Shown here one piece after another: positions 39,601-52,302 of a stretch of 64,000 nt of DNA. The first letter of the stretch is position 1. Every line of letters starts with the position of its first letter. Source of the DNA: Bispira polyomma (lineage: Eukaryota); contig OZ287753.1 of NCBI GenBank assembly GCA_965649765.1, positions 62,682,001 to 62,746,000 of the forward strand. Reading direction: 5' to 3'. The notes under the pieces were generated by a model that was not told the origin of the DNA, ran no database searches, and worked only from the letters and a program-made list of their open reading frames with translations. A program made the position numbers and the translations under genes.

Positions 39601-42575
39601 TGAAGGAACTTGGGTAAAGCACAAGATCACAACAGTTACAGTAACATCTTTAAGAGTCGCTGATGCACCAATAGAAGAACAGCTCATAGAAGGGGATGTT
39701 GAAACCAGATCAGATACACAAGTAACTGAGGAAACAAAGGATGATGGAACATACATCCAAAGGACCGTTGTGACCACAAGTTGTTTCAAGCCAGTTGAAA
39801 CCATTAGTGTACATGATGGAGTAGAAAAGGTGGAACAGACAGAAAAGCCAGTTGGCACAGAAATCAATGAGAATATTCTCCAGTTGGGGCCGGGAGTCGA
39901 AAGTCCGGATGCTGATAATGTTGAGAAGAAAATTTCAGTGAAAGAAAGAGAGGAAAGTACCAGTGAAGGAACTTGGGTAAAGCATAAGATCACAACAGTT
40001 ACAGTTACATCTTTAAGAGTCACTGATGCACCAATAGAAGAACAGCTCAAACCATCAGACCAGTCAACTGATGTAGAAGATATCATGGCTAGAGAATCTA
40101 TGGTGGTTGATGAAAGTGCTCCAGTAATGATGCCACCTGAGGTCAGAGAAGGGGATGTTGACACCAGATCAGACACACAAGTAACTGAAGATACAAAGGA
40201 TGATGGAACATACATCAAAAGGACCATTGTGACCACAAGTCATTTCAAGCCAGTTGAAACCATTACTGTACATGATGGAGTAGAAAAGGTGGAACAGACA
40301 GAAAAGCCAGTTGGCACAGAAATCAATGAGAATATTCTCCAGTTGGGGCCGGGAGTCGAAAGTCCAGATGCTGATAATGTTGAAAAGAAAACTTCAGTGA
40401 AAGAAAGAGAGGAAAGTACCAGTGAAGGAACTTGGGTAAGGCATAAGATCACAACAGTTACAGTAACATCTTTAAGAGTCACTGATGCACCAATAGAAGA
40501 ACAGCTCAAACCATCAGACCAGTCAACTGATGTAGAAGATATCATAGCTAGAGAATCTATGATGGTTGATGAAAGTGCTCCAGTAATGATGCCACCTGTG
40601 GTCAGAGAAGGGGATGTTGACACCAGATCAGACACACAAGTAACTGAAGATACAAAGGATGATGGAACATACATCAAAAGGACCATTGTGACCACAAGTC
40701 ATTTCAAGCCAGTCAAATCCATTAGTGTACATGATGGAGTAGAAAAGGTGGAACAGACAGAAAAGCCAGTTGGCACAGAAATCAATGAGAATATTCTCCA
40801 GTTAGGGCCGGGAGTTAAAAGTCCAGATGCTGAAAATGTTGAAAAGAGAACTTCAGTGAAAGAAAGAGAGGAAACTTCTGATGATGGTTCTTGGATGAAA
40901 CACAAAACAACCATTGTAACTTGTAGAGTAATTTCATCATTGAGTGAGCAACATAGTGAAATTGCAGTTCAGCAACTGGTTGAAACAGATATTGAAATAA
41001 ATACAGAACTTACAGAGTTCCAAGAAACTCTGGAGGATGGTACTGTAATCTATCATAAGACTATTAAAAAGACACATTCCAAAAGAATCCAAGAAGCTGA
41101 AAATGTTGATGGATTTGAAAAAGTTGATTTTGATAAAACACTATTAGGAACTGAAATTTCTGAAGAAATCTTACAGTTAGCTCCAGGTATTTTGCCAGAT
41201 CAAACAGAAAATATTGAAAAGAAAGCATCAACACAGACACAGGAGGAAATCCTGGACAATGGAACATGGTTGAAGAAAACAGTAACAACAGTATGTGTAA
41301 CTAGACAAGCAGAAGTAGAGTGTCCTGATGAATTAAGCAGTCAGAATCGAGGGATTCAATCCTGGTATCAGTTGCAAGATGATAATCGTGAATCAACCCC
41401 AGTTGCATCAGATGGACAATTTGATGAACAGTGTTACCATGAAACAGACTTAGCACGTGATGAAAGAGAACAGACTCCTGTTTTTGAAGAAGCACTGGAA
41501 GAGCAAATTGCAGAAGGTCAGGAACAGCTGCCACATGATATTCATCAGCCATTAACTCTTGACGAGTTAGATACATCACTGGAAGATTTTCAGCCAGATG
41601 AAGAGTTGATATCACCATCATCAGAGTATGAAGAAATAGAGGAAGTTCTGCCTGATGGTACTGTAATAACACGTAAAGTTTTGTCTCAAAGAATTAGAAA
41701 AACTGTAACTCGTAAAATTCGTAGGGTAGGGCCTGATGGTGAGGTAATAGAAGATGTTGTAACAGAAGAAATCCCTGAGACTGATCTTTTATCAGAATCT
41801 TCCAGGGCATCAAGTGTAATGTCTAGTATAAGTGATGCCCGTGAGTTAACATCCCCTATTCCTATGTCTCCTGTAGAATTAGGTACCCCAGTTGAATCAG
41901 AAACAGAACGTTCCTCAGTGAGAGTCTACACTGATACCATTGAAGGCGAACCAGAGATTGAGACAGATGTCCAAGAATTTGAAGAAACCCTTCCAGATGG
42001 CACCGTGGTGAAAAGGAAAGTTATTAAAACCAGACAGAAGCAGACTATTGTCAAAAGAGTGGTGATGGAAGGACCAGAAACAGATTTGCCTACCACTGAG
42101 GAACAAGCTCAAGCAATGCTGAGTCATGACGGAGGGTTCCAACCGGACATGAAGTACAGTGACTATACAGAGGAAGAACCACAAACGGCAACACAGGTTC
42201 AAGAATATGAGGAAACTATGCCTGATGGAAGTGTGGTGAAAAAGAAAATAGTGACTACAACAGAGGAACAAATGAAAACATCTCGCACTGTAATGGAAGC
42301 AAGTAGTCCACCACCAGAATTGATTGAAGGACAGCATATTTCCAGCTCTACAGATGAAGCAGATGACTTTGAAATTGTAAATTACCCAGTTGATGAATCA
42401 ATGGTAAAGCCAGAGTTTCTACCAGCAAAACCATTGAAACAGCCATACATGCCAGAAGGTGAGCAGAGTACAAAGGAAGATGTGCTAGCTGAGACGGATG
42501 ACTACTATGAGGTATCTGCAGAAGATGTTGGGTTGAGAGCAGTAGAGGAGCCTGATGTGGTCCCAAATCTTCAAG
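33675..42575 (+). CDS. Giant exon 2 (8,901 nt, 2,967 codons): 16 module repeats plus unique N- and C-terminal parts
   Basis: TTTTGTAG acceptor, in frame with ORF 33749-42589; AAG|GTAGAA donor; 266-nt intron from exon 1; phase 1/1. Confidence 0.88.
34070..40920 (+). repeat. Coding tandem array of 459-nt and 363-nt units, 16 modules
   Basis: Spacing of equivalent positions: 462,459,459,363,459,363,459,459,363,459,459,459,363,459,459. Confidence 0.95.
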
Positions 42576-45569
42576 GTAGAATGCTGTAGCTTTGTAGGCT
42601 TTATCCTTGCGCTGTGCACACCTGTCAACCAATAACTACTGCTAGCTGACATCGCTTGGTTTCCTGCTGCTTGGTGACTAGTGCTGCTAATTCCTTGATT
42701 TAACCCTTGTAAATATTTAGCATGTGAAGGAGAAGGGTAGAAAGCTTTTAGGTGGTGTGGTATCTGCTGTGTTGTTAATATAGTAACTCCTTGCTTTTTC
42801 TGATGATCCTTGTATATAAGTAAATTAAGAAGCAAAACTTTGATAGTCAAAATACTAATTATGTGTGTCATTTGTTCTGCTTCTGTGATGTGTTTCATAC
42901 TAATACTCTCGATGTACATATCTAAGAAAATGTTATAAAAATGGCTTCAGCCTTATATGTTAAGGGTTTCCATTTCTGATCCTATGAATTTAGTTGTCTT
43001 GGTTACAAAGAATGCATATACTGAGTGGAAAAGAGAATGTATAGTTTGGTCAGGGGATCCATAACTGGTGACTTTATAATAATTAACGTAATAAGTTGAG
43101 CCAGAGATTATTGGAAAATTGAGAATGTTGTAGGCAATTACATTATATCTTGTTGAAAGAAATCTCAAAAAAAAGTTTCATTGAGGAGTGAGGATTTCAA
43201 AGGACTATGATAAATAAACGTCATTGAGACTTGGTATTTCTTTGTACCTCTGTGATTTCCCTTTGTAAATGAAAATGTGCATGGATTGTTTATTGTAGAA
43301 ATTTTCTGAAAATGTGCATCACTTGACCTTTGTCTTCCATATCTCTGAAGTTGGTGTAACTTGATGCTGGTAATTATTAGTCATGCAATTCCTTCCAGTA
43401 ACACAAATATTTGAATTATACCGATTAGAATATTACACTCTGGAATATCTAATTGCTGCTTCTATAAAGGTATCAAGCTTTGATCTTACACTGACATGCC
43501 TTTATGTGGGAAAGTATGTCAGGTACTTACCTTAGGGTGTTATACATTAATATTGATTAAAACTAGTCTAAAAAAGACTAAAAAATTTCTTCATATTATA
43601 CTGACACCTTAGCCGAATCATGCCAGGTTTTTCCATGATGTTTGTCTTTGGTTGGTTTTGAAATAAAGTTAAGTTGATGTTTAACCTGTATATCAGGAAT
43701 ATGTGCACAGATTTTAAATACCCAGACTCCTAAAATTTGCTTTTGAGAACCAGTTCAAGTTACACCAACTTTACTACTAGCTTGTGTAACCTATAGATCA
43801 TGAGAGGATATTTATAGTATAGTATCTGTTTATCGGAACACTGTGAGAAGAACCTGTCCGTATAAGAGAATAATGCATAGTATAGAAGAACTATTTTAAC
43901 ATAAAATAACATAAACATTCACATAGTAAAGTATAAGCATGTCTAAGTGACTTCTTATGGATAAATCGATGTATCAATTCATTATTAAAGCAAATTGATG
44001 AAGTAGATAGAATTGAATGAAGCAAATTAATGAAGTAGATAGAATTGAATGACTCCGAGTGGTTCTATATTTTTGCATGTTTTACACGATGCCTATGTTG
44101 AGGAAATATGTTTAGCGATAAACAAAGTGTAGACAAAAACAATTTTTTTTTTTCAAAATAAATACGTTTCGTAATGTAGTTGCGTATGTCACAAGATTTT
44201 ACTTAGACAATATTTGACAAATTTTGGTACTGTTTATACATAGTGGGATATAAAATGTCAATCTTTGTAAATAAATATTTTTATGATTAAAAATTGTACA
44301 TCTTCTCAAATGTTGAACAGAAAGTAAACCTGTGTGGAAAAGTTCGTCTTTTGAAATAACTTGTCTTGCAATATCATAAAAGTCTGGTCAAACCTCTGTT
44401 TTATTGATTCATAAGCACTCGGTACTTTAATGTTGTGTGTGAATGGTTTATTTTGTAAACCTGTTACAGTATGCTTGGAGGTTGACCTACCTTTCATACC
44501 CTGAATGCGTATGTAGTCTTCTTTGCTGTACCGTTTGTAAAACTTACTAAATGCACTTCAGTGTCATGTGTCAAACAACACTTTTATGATGTATTACCCT
44601 TACCAGTGATAAATGATTTCATACCTGTGTTAAAATGTAGATAATTCTTTGCAATTAAATTTCTCATGAAAACTGCAACTTAAGTATTGTTAATTTTCAC
44701 ATTTGATTTACACATTTCGACACGGAAGTGCATTTAACAGTTCCATTCAACAATGGAGCATTAATTTAAAGTGGTACTGAACTTATATGATACAAGAAAA
44801 TAAGATTGGTTTGCTGTAAATGTCTGCTCTAATAGTCACCACTGCACTTTGGGCAAAGTCGGGGGTTTCGAGGTAGGGTGGTTCAGTGAAGTCTATAAAG
44901 TGTCATGGGTTTTGATACATGGTTTGGGGATTACTGTAAATAACTTATCTGCATTATCTTATCTTCTTGTGTGATGTAAACTCTTAATAAACTAAGAATT
45001 TATTTGACTGTTGTAATTTATTTGTATTTTTTCATAACTATTCGTGTATAACTTGCATATGGAATATAACTCTGTTTGAACTAATTTATATACATAACAA
45101 TACTATATATTCACCAGTTACTAAGACTTAAATTGGTTATTTATATACAGTAGCTTTTATCACATGTATGTTTTCAGAACCAACACACATTTAATTTGCA
45201 AAAAAAAACAAAACAATTATCTAAATTATTTATAAATATCATTTCTGTATTATTTTGGTAAACTGTTTTACTGTTCTATATATACATGTATATTGGTGAA
45301 TGTTTAAATATATGCAGAAATCCTGCAGTTTTCTTGCTAGGTTATAATGATGGCAATGCTTCATTCAACCATAACAGTATCTTAAAAAGCTTCTAACATA
45401 ATTGCTTTGTTTTTGTTGCTATTTTGTATGTTGTTGAACAGCAACACTAACTTTAAGTTTTAAGTCTTCTTTACATCTTGAAGTAAATCTATAAATGTCA
45501 AAAAGTACCGTCAGTAGATTGTAAAATATAAGCTATCTAGATATTAAATACCTGTATGTTTTGTTGTAG

Positions 45570-45605
45570 GTGAAGAAGAACAAACGCCTGGTTTCTACGT
45601 ACAAG
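45570..45605 (+). CDS. 36-nt microexon (GEEEQTPGFYVQ), phase 1/1
   Basis: TTTTGTTGTAG acceptor, AAG|GTAGGA donor, frame-preserving. Confidence 0.65.
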
Positions 45606-46689
45606 GTAGGACAGATGTATACTTTTTATGATATAGCTGTGGCCACATTATTGTCTATCTCTGTTACAGAGTGTTTTTAGTATTGATAGAGAGTGTCCCC
45701 AACTTGTGTATGATTGTTTCCCATACTTACCATCTCAGCTGGTGTTAATTAGCTAGGTTTTCAGTGCATTTTAGTATTAGATCCCTGGCTAAGTGTCCCA
45801 ATGTTAGTCAAAAAGCGCTAGAAAAATGATTGATTAGGTTAGATTAACAAAATTCTAGCAACAAACTTGACAAATAGACCTATTTCTACATACAAAAACA
45901 ATTCTTAGTGGATAACATGCATCAGAAAATTGCAATGGTACCCTTCAACGATATATCGTAGAACTTTAAGATATTTGAACTTTTTTGCTCGGTTGCCATT
46001 ATTAATGTTGTTGCTTGCAAACTCTGTTGTTTTGTTGCTTCAGTGATCGGTGTATTTCTCCAGGTTTAGTTCATTGTGACTGAATGGATTTCATTTTGTG
46101 GCTTATTTTAAGGAATTAGTTGTAAACTGGCAAGATCAACACTTAAAGATAATCTCCCTTTTTGTGTCAACAAATATACAATATTTAATTCTGGCTTTAC
46201 ATTATGGTCATCCAAAGCTTTTAGTTATATTATTTTTATTCTGAATAGACGTCCTTATAATTTTCTATTATCTTCTGGTGACCTGATATTTTATTCTTTA
46301 TCCAATTCAATATTGATGATGACGTGTTACTCCCTCCAAGCTGAAGTTATGTCACCATCAATTAGTCCCTATTTTACTGTTTGTAGAAGTGTAGGATAAA
46401 TACATGAAACCTTGAGTCAGAGTAAAGAGGGCATTTCAAACCAGTTCCAGTACAGTACAATTCGAATATTTAAAATCTAACAATAATTTTACAAACTATT
46501 AACAAATATTCAAACCAATCACATACATGGCATTTATTATAAATTTTTTAAAATTCTTGTATGATGATTTGAGGAGCAGGGGTTTTTGCATTATGTATAC
46601 TGAAAAACAACAACATGGAGTATTGCTATAATATAAAAGAAGATTTTATAACAGTCTACTTATCATCTATGTTGTCTCTCAGCAATTTC

Positions 46690-47020
46690 ATCACAGAAAA
46701 TCATCTTTCCACCTCTGGTTTCTTTGACAAAAAACTTTATTCAAAATCACTTGAAGTTGTAGCACCTGTTGAATGGAATAGTCTCTCTAGTAGTCTTCAC
46801 AATGAGACAAGGATTACAGGCTTCAGGAAAAAGCTCAAAACACATTTGTATCAACTGGTTTTTCCGCCTTAAGTTTCATCTCCTGGTCATGGCTAAACTG
46901 TGATCAAGAACCTTTACCCCTAACGGACTATTCTTTTGCTTAGTGATTGAGATGTGTGCCACAGAAAATACCTGACCATCGATTGTGGTGCTATAGAAGT
47001 AAAAAACATTAACATTAATT
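46690..47020 (+). mobile_element. 5'-truncated LINE (CR1/L2 group) 3' end
   Basis: ORF end SLEVVAPVEWNSLSSSLH...FRKKLKTHLY resembles the C-terminal WNSLP...FKxxLKTxLF signature of CR1/L2-group ORF2, followed by a short 3' UTR and (AACATT)2 tail. Confidence 0.65.
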
Positions 47021-47422
47021 TGTGTGCGGTGTGTAAGCCTACATCTTGTCGGTTGTTTTTATTCAGATTAAATTTCACTGGAACTGGTCTGCAGAACCTT
47101 TTACATCTATCTATCCAAGGAACTAAAGTTGAACATTTGCTTGTATGGAGTAATTCATGTCATTATTTTCATTAAATATATATATATATATATATATATG
47201 TACTTTAATTCTAATTGGTTTTTAATTGGCTATATTTTTATACATTTGGGCAAGTCAGGTAGGTGGTTAAATGACTTCTCACGTTCTTGAATGATTTTCT
47301 TTTAAAAAAAGTGGGAAGGCCTGGTGAAAGATTTTCTTGTTTGTCCAAGGTAATAAATATAGACATCAGGTAAGTAGTATAGTGTAAACTACATATGTTA
47401 TCTACTATATATACTTCATCAG

Positions 47423-47440
47423 GAAAGAAAGCTAAAACAG
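47423..47440 (+). CDS. 18-nt microexon (GKKAKT), phase 1/1
   Basis: CTTCATCAG acceptor, CAG|GTAAGA strong donor, same frame as next exon. Confidence 0.5.
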
Positions 47441-47509
47441 GTAAGACAAAAAACATATTGCTACATTTATACTTTAAATTTTTATTTAACTTTCATGCCA
47501 ACATTAAAG

Positions 47510-47626
47510 TTGTGGAGAATGGGGTTGATGCTCAAGTTACCATAACAATAACAGAAGACAATAGTTCTCCAGTTGATGATGATGATTTTGTTAAATACTA
47601 TGGTCTTGAGGAACATGTTGAAAAAG
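47510..47626 (+). CDS. 117-nt exon (VVENGVDAQVTITITEDNSSPVDDDDFVKYYGLEEHVEK), phase 1/1
   Basis: AAG acceptor after a T-rich tract, AAG|GTACGG donor, within ORF 47395-47721. Confidence 0.65.
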
Positions 47627-49446
47627 GTACGGCTATCATCAACCATTGTACACTGTTAGTTATTGCACACCCCACCTTTGTATTATATGTCAAGGTAGAT
47701 TATATGTTTTCCGAGTTTTGAATACCTGCGCCATAACAACCAATTGGTATTTAATGCCAGAACTTGTTAATGTTTTTCGAGTAAATGGTAAAATAATTGG
47801 GTCTCAACATAAACATTTTTCAGCCACAAGTAAATTGGTGATAAAATCTGTCTTTGCGCCTTGATGCATTTATATTTTTGTAGCTCTTGTGTTCTCAGCA
47901 TTAGGTTTATAGGAAGTTTCCTATTTTTAAACCGTGTCCTAATCAACTCTTTCTTAATTTGGAATATGTATCCGATATCAGAGAAAAAAGTGCTTTTTAA
48001 TTACCAAAATGACTTTTTGTATATCGCTTGGTTGAATTTTCTTTATTTTTTATTTAATTAAGGCTTTATGTTGTTTTACACAAACTTTTTGTTTTACGTG
48101 ATAGGTGTTTTATTTTGCTTCTTTTATATAGTCTTTGTGTAATGGTGTTGATTTGCAAGTTAAGAAAGAAATAGTAACATAACAAATTGCTAGGGAATTT
48201 AAACAGCTGTATTAAAGCTGTTAATAATGTACACAAGATTTTTAAGATTTTCTTTTATTACCTATAACCTCACTTTTGGGAGCTGGTAGAGCTTGTTTTG
48301 CATTGGTTTCTTAAACAGCCAATTTTTTGTTCCCACTCCTGAAGTAATGGTATTTTTTAAAAGGCATAAACCCAACATAAGGATGTAAATCCTTGGGCAC
48401 CCTCCTACTTGTGCATTCTTTGGTGTTGTCTATGCTTTAGTTCTGTTAGACTTCATTATGATTTTGCAAGATAATTACAAGTACCCACAATACAGATCAA
48501 GTCATAGCAATTTGTAGTGTATTTTTATTATTTGTTAGCAAATATAAAAATACTGAGATAATTTTATTTTGGAGGCATTTTATTGGGTAAGAATATGTCT
48601 GATGAAAGAGAAAATATTAAGATTAAGTCGGTTCAGGCCTTAATGGTAGCAGGATCTTGTCATTCAATAAGAGACCTCCCCTATCTGCAAATGAAACATA
48701 AATGTTGCAAATATCGACCCAGACATAAAAATAGAGTATGCAGTACACAGTTGATTAGATTTGAACTTTATAGAGTTTAACTTTCTTTGTCAATGTACTG
48801 TAACATAGTATTTCTATTTTGTGATATTTTTAAATGCATGATAAGGAAAATATTTTCTGTAATCTACAATCCTTGATATCCTGAAAAGTATACATGGATT
48901 ACCCGAGTATTAATTTAAAAAATAAATAAATTTGCACAGTGGTAACCAATGTATGTGATAAGAGTGTTCATATATATTGATATATATACTCACTTAAAAT
49001 AGGGATTTCCACACATCATTTTCCATCGTTTGTTAAGAAAGATATGAACAGGTATTGTTGGTGCAAAAGGTATATAATGAATACCATAGAAACACATGGT
49101 TTCAGATAATATTGTAGATATTAACTGGTCAAGCTCAAAATATCTTGTTTGTGTTGTACCTTTGTATGATATTGTATATATTTCACATGTACATGTATTG
49201 TCAATTATACACCTTGGTATATATAACAAATGTCCTTGTGAAATTAAATATTTAAAAATATTTGTGGTGTTAAATACCTACAGTGTGTCAGTATTTGAAT
49301 GCATTGTTATGGTGGAGAATTATAACGCATCGAGCAGAGTATTTGTTGTTGTTGTTATAGTATTACTCTATTAACTGAGGTATATCTGCTGAAGTGGTAT
49401 GGTTAAGCCCAGTAGTTGGTCAGGGAGTTTCTTTCTTTTCTTTTAG

Positions 49447-49497
49447 CCTTTCCACAGAAAGAACAGATACAACAAGAGGACACTGAAATAGAAGAAG
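49447..49497 (+). CDS. 51-nt exon (FPQKEQIQQEDTEIEE), phase 1/1
   Basis: Strong tract TTTCTTTCTTTTCTTTTAG, AAG|GTACAT donor, acidic frame-preserving peptide. Confidence 0.7.
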
Positions 49498-52302
49498 GTA
49501 CATATAAAGTATAACACATTTGTGAAAATGGAATGTTTTTTTTTGAGAATGCAGCCTGTTTTCACACATTTTCCACCAGTTGATTTATCCTTCTGTGTGT
49601 GTGTTACTGTTTTGTTAAGGTCGAAAAAAATGTAGCAAAAATTGCCACTGGAAATATATAAGCGAAGATGCCTGGCACTGTATATAGCATACAGTATTAT
49701 TGTTGGTATGAGTAGTTTAATCCAATTTATGTCAAAGGTGAAGATATTACATTCACAGCATATATTTCTGGGTAGTTTTTGCAGCAACCTTTGTGTTGGT
49801 ATCGTCAAGAATACATCAAAAGTTTCTGAGATAAAAACGCACAGTTGAAGTCATGTCAGTATTTATTTTCATTTTAGGATTCAAAATTTGGAGCAAACTG
49901 CAGATTGGAATGTAGAAATCTGTAAGCAAGCGTGAAGTGTTCTATGTTTGCAGGGTTACATATAGTGCTGAGAAACAATTTATGTGTCCCGATGTATGAA
50001 ATATGTGGCACTTGTGACTGTTTTGACTACAGCAGAATACTAAATTGCTTAAGTTAGCCCCACAGATATTGGTCACTTTCACTAACGCAGGTTTTTACTT
50101 GCAAAGCAATTTGGCAGGAGAGTATTTTCATGTAGTCAAATGGCACAAGTACCCTGTAATGTCCCGTGATTTGTCGCAAGATGAGGAGCTTTTATTACAA
50201 CTGATTTTGTAGGGTAGTCCAAATTGCATGCTCAAATTACAGTATAAAAATTTTCTTTTTGATGATTTTTAGGTGTCATAATAAATAATCGTATTACAAA
50301 AGCCAATTGTCTAGAGTCCTATTATATCTGACGTAAACTGAATCTATCCAAATACTATGGTTTGATAGAAAGTTGTTTTTGCATTGCCAAGACATGCTTT
50401 GTAGTTTTTTTAAGTGAATGTTATTTCTAAATAATATAATTCAAAATATGTTATTTCGAAGCATTTTTTTAAGGTAGTTATTCTATTTTCGTACTTTTCA
50501 GGCTACATAAACAAATGCAAACTCAGATTGTAATAGCTCCTTGTCACTGTGAAATGTTTATTAAATTATGTTGAAGCCAGTGTGTCAATTGATATAAATA
50601 ACACTGTTAACAGGTTGCACTGTGTACTTAAAATTGTTAAATGTTGAGGTTTAACTTAGCTAATTTGACTGAAAATATCTTGTCTAAATTTTACATTTTT
50701 GCTCCAACTATTTTACAATATTGCTGTATTTCTAAAATTTTAACAAATTAGACATTGATGTCTGCATAAATAACAAAAAATCATATTATTTGATATACAG
50801 ATGGCATGGGTAGGCATAATAAGTTTGCCAGAAAACTAGGCTAAGTTGATCCCTCAACAAAGTGTTTGTGAAATGCCATCTGTGCTTATGGCCAGTATTC
50901 TGCTTAATGGTCTTTCGGGAGAAATTTATCTTTAGGCCATGTCACCAATTCATTTTAGTTGAGATCTTACATATGCCAAATAAATTATCTTCTTTTTAAA
51001 GACTATAAATACCAGGGCTATGTCAGAAACATAAGCAGAACACACCTATATTGATATATTTTTCCAACAAAATGTTTAAATCTTTAGGCCAGTGGTTTTT
51101 TTTTTGTTTTTTTTTTGTCCTGCTAATAAATACTACTTAGTGGCTACGTACTTTTGTTGTAAAAGCAGAATTATGGCCCTACCCGCAATCATTCTTGCTA
51201 GTTGGTTGCAGCCAGCCTGATATTTCTGATATTTGATAGAAAAGCTATTCGTTATAATTGTGAACTATCCAAAAACAGACAAAATTGTGCTTTATCAATG
51301 TTTTACTAAACTTGAAAGTTTGGTTAAATGACTAAATTGACTTAACAGAAAGGCTGATTGTTAAATTTGGTGATAGTGCAGTTGATTTTAGAATGGCATG
51401 TGTACCAATATTACAGAATTGCAATCAAGATAAATTTTTAAAAACACAAAAACATCAGCCGTCAAGTTTTATATTTTGTTTGAGAGGCTAAAATCATACA
51501 CTAGTTTGATATAGTTACAATATATTGTACAGTTCTAATACAATTTCTTTTCACCTGTAGAAAGTGCAGTTGCAATATGCTATAAAACTTGTGATTGGTA
51601 CCTTGCAGCGTTAGCAAAAACTACATGCATGAGTGTTCAACCACAATAATGGTTTTATCCTACTGTTATATGTTATATATATAACACTATACATTTCATT
51701 TTTCCTGCAGTGCCTTGAAAGCTTAACTATCATAATGTGCATCTTCTGAGGTATAGCTTTACTCTGTACAGTAAGTTTTTATATGTTGTGCCACTATATA
51801 GAGTAAACAACAAAGGATCAATATTTATGCTTAATGTTTAAATGGGGGAAATTAATATTTAACATAACCTTTTGCTGCAACACACCAAACATACAGTAGA
51901 TTATAGGTAAAGTCAGATGTGGCGGTTTGTGTAATAACCGTTAGAACACGCTAGTTTAAACTATTATTTTTCAATAAATTTCTACTTTAGTTTTCATAAG
52001 TTTCTTCAGTTGACTACTTTCAAGAAGTTAGAGCAAACGAGTAAACTTAATCATACATCTTATATCTTCCAACCCACCTCTCTCCTTTTCATTAGTTGCT
52101 TTATGCTTGAATTTGCTTGCTTTTAATATTTGAAATCTACCAAATCAATATTTAGTTGCTCTTTAATTATTAAATCTAACACTTTGTTTTGTTTTTGTTC
52201 TCTTTCATGCCTGCCCATCCACTTGGATCATAAAAATGGGATGGTATGAACATTTCATATACAATATCCATTTGAAAACCCCCCTGTCATATTTTTTTTA
52301 AG

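Noticed and set aside
20641-42575. Titin/projectin Ig or PEVK identity
   Set aside because: No Ig or Fn3 consensus pattern and Pro content too low for PEVK; cannot be fully excluded without flanking exons
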